The notes beneath the pieces are model-generated. The model was not told the DNA's origin. It ran no database searches and saw only the letters and a list, made by a program, of their open reading frames with translations. A DNA stretch of 64,000 nucleotides from Phoronis australis (taxonomy: Eukaryota > Animalia > Phoronida). Below, piece after piece: positions 62,134-64,000 of the stretch (its first letter is position 1; every line of letters starts with the position of its first letter). The DNA is taken from assembly GCA_002633005.1 (NCBI GenBank), contig NMRA01000260.1, forward strand, positions 397,907 through 461,906. Reading direction: 5' to 3'. Made by a program: the position numbers and the translations under genes.

Positions 62134-64000
62134 CGGTACACCGCCGACGTTATCGGGTCTTGTTGTGTCCAGCGCTGTATTTTGGCTACAGTGACAGGCG
62201 TAAAATCCATCTGAGTTAATGACAAAACCACTTCCTCAGGCACGGGCACCTGAAATGGTTTACACTCCAGCGGCAGTCTACTAAGTGCGTTGGCATTGCC
62301 GTTAGACTGTCCAGACTTGTGTCGTAAAACGTAGTTATATCCTGACAACATTAAGGCCCATCGTTTCATACGTGAGCTACACATAGCCGATATGGCGGTG
62401 CCCTCATGTAAATTCCCTAAAAGAGGCAAATGGTCAGTTACTATTGTGAAATTACGTCCATACAAATAACTGTGGAAGTGTTTCACCCCAAAGATGATAG
62501 CCAATGCTTTGCAATCAATCTGTGCATAATTCTTCTCAGCTGGTGCTAATGTCCGAGAAGCAAACGCTATTGGTTTTTCAGAACTGTCTTCCAAGACGTG
62601 TGATAATACCGCGCCAACACCGTAGGGTGAAGCATCGCAGCTCAACAACAAAGGATATTCCGGTTGATAATGAACAAGCAAATTCGTGGATGTTAACAAA
62701 CGTTTTGAATGTTGAAACGCATCGGACTCGCGTTTGCCCCAACGCCATTTGACACCGTTGCGTAGCAAGGCGTAGAGTGGTGCCAAAACAGAACTGGCAT
62801 TGTCCAGAAACTTGTGGGAGTAATTCAGCAATCCAATGTACGAGCGTAACTCCGATACGTTGCGCGGAGCGGGTGCCTGCACTATTGCCGTGACTTTCTC
62901 TTTCGTGGGGCGTATGCCTGCCCCGTCCAGACGGTGTCCCAAGTAAGTGACCGACGTTTGGTTGAACACGCATTTTTCTCTCTTCAAACGGAACCCGTTG
63001 TTCTTCAGGCATTCCAAAACCTGTTCCAGGTTGGCTGTGTGCTCAGCCGTGTTACGACCAGCCACCAAAATGTCTTCTAGATACACAGTGCACATAGGAA
63101 TACCTCGCACTACCTGTTCCATGGTACGCTGAAACAGGCCGGGGGCAGAGGATATCCTGAACGGAACGCGGGTATAAGCTAGTAATCCATGACTCAGAGT
63201 GTTGAGGGTAGTTAATTTTTGCGAAGGTTCAGTTAGTTCCAACTGTTGATATGCGTGACTTAAGTCCAGCTTAGAATAAATCTGACCACCGGCAAGTTTG
63301 GTAAATAAATCGTCTATTCGTGGAATAGGGTACTTATCAACCAATCCAGCTTTGTTCAACGTGGAACTATAATCACCACAAATGTGAACGTCGCCCGAGT
63401 TTTTCAACCACGGGCGTAGCCCACTCCGACGAGCTCACTGACTTCAACACCCGGTCAACATCGGTTCAACTCCAATTCGACTTTTTCACGTAAAGCGTAT
63501 GGGACTGGGCGTGCCTTCATGTAGACGGGTGTGGTATCCGGATTGACATTCAAAGACACCTGTCCTCCAATGTATTTTCCTAATTCGTCACGGAAAAGTT
63601 CCTTGTAACGTTGCAAAACAGCTAACTCATGCACAGTATTCGTGGCCGTTTACACTCGTTTCCAGTCCAACCGCAAACGATTAAGCCAATTACGCCCTAA
63701 TAGACTTGGGCCCAAATTTGTGACCAGTAGGGGGAGTCGATACTCCTGGTTATCTTGAGTCACGTTGACCTCGGCCTCACGTGACCGGACTTCCGCACCC
63801 CCATAGCCGACAAGTATGACGTGAGAGTCTACAAGAGGCTCGTTGTTTGTGCAAATGTTTGACCACACATCTTCATTGACCACACTGAACTTGGCGCCAG
63901 TGTCTAATTCCATAGAAACAATCTGGCCATTGATAATAACGTCCACCATGTGTGGCGGATCAGCACTGGGTGCGGACTCGCTGTCTATGCGATACATATT
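62134..64000 (-). pseudogene. Second, defective copy of the same Gypsy pol (PR-RT-RH), cut by the N gap and the window edge
   Basis: Nearly identical to 58643-60520, but with YLDD->YLED, an 8-bp deletion near 63408, a further indel near 63450 and a TAC->TAA stop at 63652-63650. Confidence 0.9.

Overview
AT-rich animal genomic DNA with spliced genes; the domain and repeat content suggests a marine invertebrate, probably a lophotrochozoan, but this is inference. Three genes can be reconstructed by hand from GT-AG boundaries with consistent intron phases. (1) A FOXM1 ortholog on the minus strand (7 coding exons, 9419->1672, 662 aa). (2) A RHNO1/RHINO-like gene on the plus strand (17112-17273 + 19721-20530, 323 aa). 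It lies head-to-head with FOXM1 across a ~230 bp candidate bidirectional promoter (11573-11806), the arrangement known in human. (3) The 5' part of a secreted mosaic protein: signal peptide-Kringle-7xSushi-TSP1-PAN-Kringle-chitin-binding(CBM14-like)-C-type lectin, from 30408, continuing past the last exon I can see. Mobile DNA includes an intact Mag-like Ty3/Gypsy element (57002-61548) with a decayed sibling copy, a ~600 bp TRIM whose LTRs contain a tRNA-like Pol III promoter (10576-11176), three HINE/DINE-like Helentron derivatives, RNase H-bearing LINE fragments, several MITEs/foldbacks and minisatellites. Three single-N gaps (49063, 54875, 62133) sit next to duplicated sequence, so some duplications are probably assembly artefacts. 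All homology calls come from remembered motifs, not database searches.
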